This document shows positions 61,877-64,000 of a DNA stretch of 64,000 bases, piece by piece. Both the position numbers and the translations under genes were made by a program. Source of the stretch: Macrostomum hystrix (lineage: Eukaryota > Animalia > Platyhelminthes); NCBI GenBank assembly GCA_950097015.1, contig CATNEN010000010.1, positions 806,001 to 870,000 of the forward strand. The letters run 5' to 3'. The notes beneath the pieces were generated by a model. That model had not been told where the DNA came from, searched no databases, and was given only the letters and a program-made list of their open reading frames with translations. Positions within the stretch are counted from its first letter, which is position 1; every line of letters starts with the position of its first letter.

Positions 61877-63570
61877 TCTTAGGAAAATAACTAAAAGAGA
61901 AACAGCTCGGAAGCTCTCAATTGTTCTTTATTCAAAAGCTCAAAAGGTTCTTAGAAAACGAAACATAAAAGTACACAAAAATGCAAGACATGACGATGAA
62001 GCGCCCTTAACATGAACGATTGGAACTATAGTGGTAAAGCATAATCCTTGCACACTGGGTCAGTGACCTGACAAGAGGTCGAGGACAATCACCAGCTCTG
62101 CATGGCTTACCAAGATATCGATAGAGGAATTTTTTGCACTATACTATTTATCTCTGGCTTCTAACCCCCTACAGGTAGACAGCAGCTTCATCGGTGAGCG
62201 ACATGTGGAGTGCCATTCTCCTTTGCTTGCAGAATCCAGTAAAACAGGCTGTGGAATCTTCAGTGCCTCTCCCAATCCCTTGCCATGCAGTCTTCTGTTG
62301 AGCGATTCCTGCAATGTCTGGCCCACTCAAGAGGCCCTGCCCAGCTGGCATTCCCGCTGTGAGACGGAAGGACTGATCGCATCATAGCATTCTTCCGAAA
62401 TTTATTATCCTTTTTCGCTGGCGCACTGAATCGGATCCGACTACAAGGAGCCTGTCAGTGAAGGGAGAATTTAGCCAGCGCGTCTGTTCAGTTGTCAGGG
62501 GAAACCAACTCGACGAAGCGTGCTCAACAGGGACCTGGCCTTCATTTCCGTCCAGACACTCTCCTAGGTAAAAGCAATATGTTGACGATCCAAAATTTCA
62601 GTTTTAATAGTGACTAGGTCATCAATCAATATGCCCAACAAATCAACAGAGGTCAATCAATCAGCTGGTCGCGTACTTCGCAATGGCTCAAGTTTCTTTC
62701 ACAACTTACTGACTTCCCACTTGTTCATCTGCGAAATTCTGCCGCTTTTTAAACCTCATGGTCGTTTCTTTCCCAATGCTTTGGCTTGTTAAAGCGGATG
62801 TACGAGTAGTTGACGCCTCATTGTTGCGGAAAAATTTTCAGCTTAAGCGAGCCGAGCGTCAACAACAAAAACACGCTTACCTGTGTGTTAGGAAGTTGAA
62901 AGCACTCCAACCGGCTCACTAATGCTCCAGTTTGATGCTTGAACAAGTTGAGCCAACAATAAGCTGGCTTTTTAGTGTAGAAAATATACCTGGTCAGAGA
63001 GGCGTTTCAGCTCAATTTGATCAATACATTATTAACCACATGACTGGCACACGTGACGCCTGACACACATGGTTTGTCGTGCCAAACCCAAACGTCCATA
63101 TCTTAACTGTAGAAAGACCTATGTTCCCCCTTCCCCTTTAGTTTATTACGAACTAACGTTCTCAGCCCTCCAACGTCAGCATCGTCGAGAAATTCAGCGA
63201 TTCTTCACGAAGACTCTGGTGACAAGGAAAACTAACAATGCTCGGTTCTATGAGTATAATAAAATAATGAACAACATAATCAATGCAAAATAATCAATAA
63301 TAGTTGCTGACATAATTACATGATAAAATTTTGCTGAAAACTTTTGTCTATTTTTGCGGTTTTTTTGCCACCAGAAACCCCGACGAGAATCGTTTAACAT
63401 CTCGAGGATGCCAATGTTTTGAGATTCTGGAAGTTGTTTCATCGGATAGAGCAGAAAATTTTAGCCATGAGTTTTCATGGCGACTCGTTGAATATTTTGG
63501 GAAATCAAGGAAAAAGAAAAATGTGGATATTTTAAATACCCCCGTGGTTATACAATCGATGCCCTACAAT

Positions 63571-63801
63571 AGGGGTCGGCAAATTTATTAGCTAGCGGGT
63601 AAAAGAGAGAACCTAATAGACGACAGCGGGCCGCATTGACAGAAGAAATATGAAATAGGGAAGAGGTGAGACACAGGAGAGACGAGACCGAGGAGAGATG
63701 AGACGGGAAAGATAAAACAGGATACTGTAGGTTTCGGAAGGGGCCACGGGCCGTATTTGGGAGCTTCGAGGGCCGCATCTGGCCCTGAGTTTCCGACCAC
63801 T
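63571..63801 (-). mobile_element. hAT MITE, family B (231 bp)
   Basis: Imperfect TIRs TAGGGGTCGGCAAATT / TAGTGGTCGGAAACTC; homologous to both halves of 53459..56935; no TSD seen. Confidence 0.75.
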
Positions 63802-64000
63802 ATACTCTATAATATGTGCTGCTGAACACGTCGCTTCCTCTCGTGCCGCGATCCCTTCCAATAAACTGCAGCTTGTACATCGCATCATCGCATCACGAGA
63901 CCGTAAATAGATGCACTTTGAGCAACGGTTCGGAGAAAGCTCAGCAAGACTGGCAGTCTCGGAGTAAAGCGAAACGCAACCGGACAGCTTTTGCCAAGCT

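Overview
Eukaryotic (animal) genomic DNA with GC-rich exons, GT-AG introns and many minisatellites. The style suggests a flatworm such as Macrostomum, which is an inference. Gene models were built by hand from splice sites and codon phase. (1) PAN/apple + fibrinogen-domain gene (-). (2) 2-TM orphan (-). (3) C6orf89/BRAP-like cupin gene (-). (4) Head-to-head with it, a divergent PKA regulatory-subunit-like gene (+) whose two cyclic-nucleotide pockets carry the Ser/Thr cGMP-type residue; a perfect RFX X-box lies just 3' of it. (5) Orphan disordered exons (-) flanking an intronless LRR transmembrane gene (+). (6) An 8-exon UBR1/2-type E3 ligase (-) with intact zinc ligands and RING but degenerate N-degron pockets, and no genomic start codon found. 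(7) Intronless LSm8 (+). (8) The 3' half of a bombesin/CCHamide-type GPCR (-). Mobile DNA comprises a LINE fragment, a dead mariner, a hAT with TIRs and TSD nested in an older hAT MITE, solo MITEs of both hAT families and a tRNA-derived CORE-SINE. About 20 different tandem arrays are present, many abutting splice sites with a G-rich-after-donor, C-rich-before-acceptor polarity. No CRISPR, rRNA or intact tRNA gene was found. The long ORFs over repeats are artefacts.
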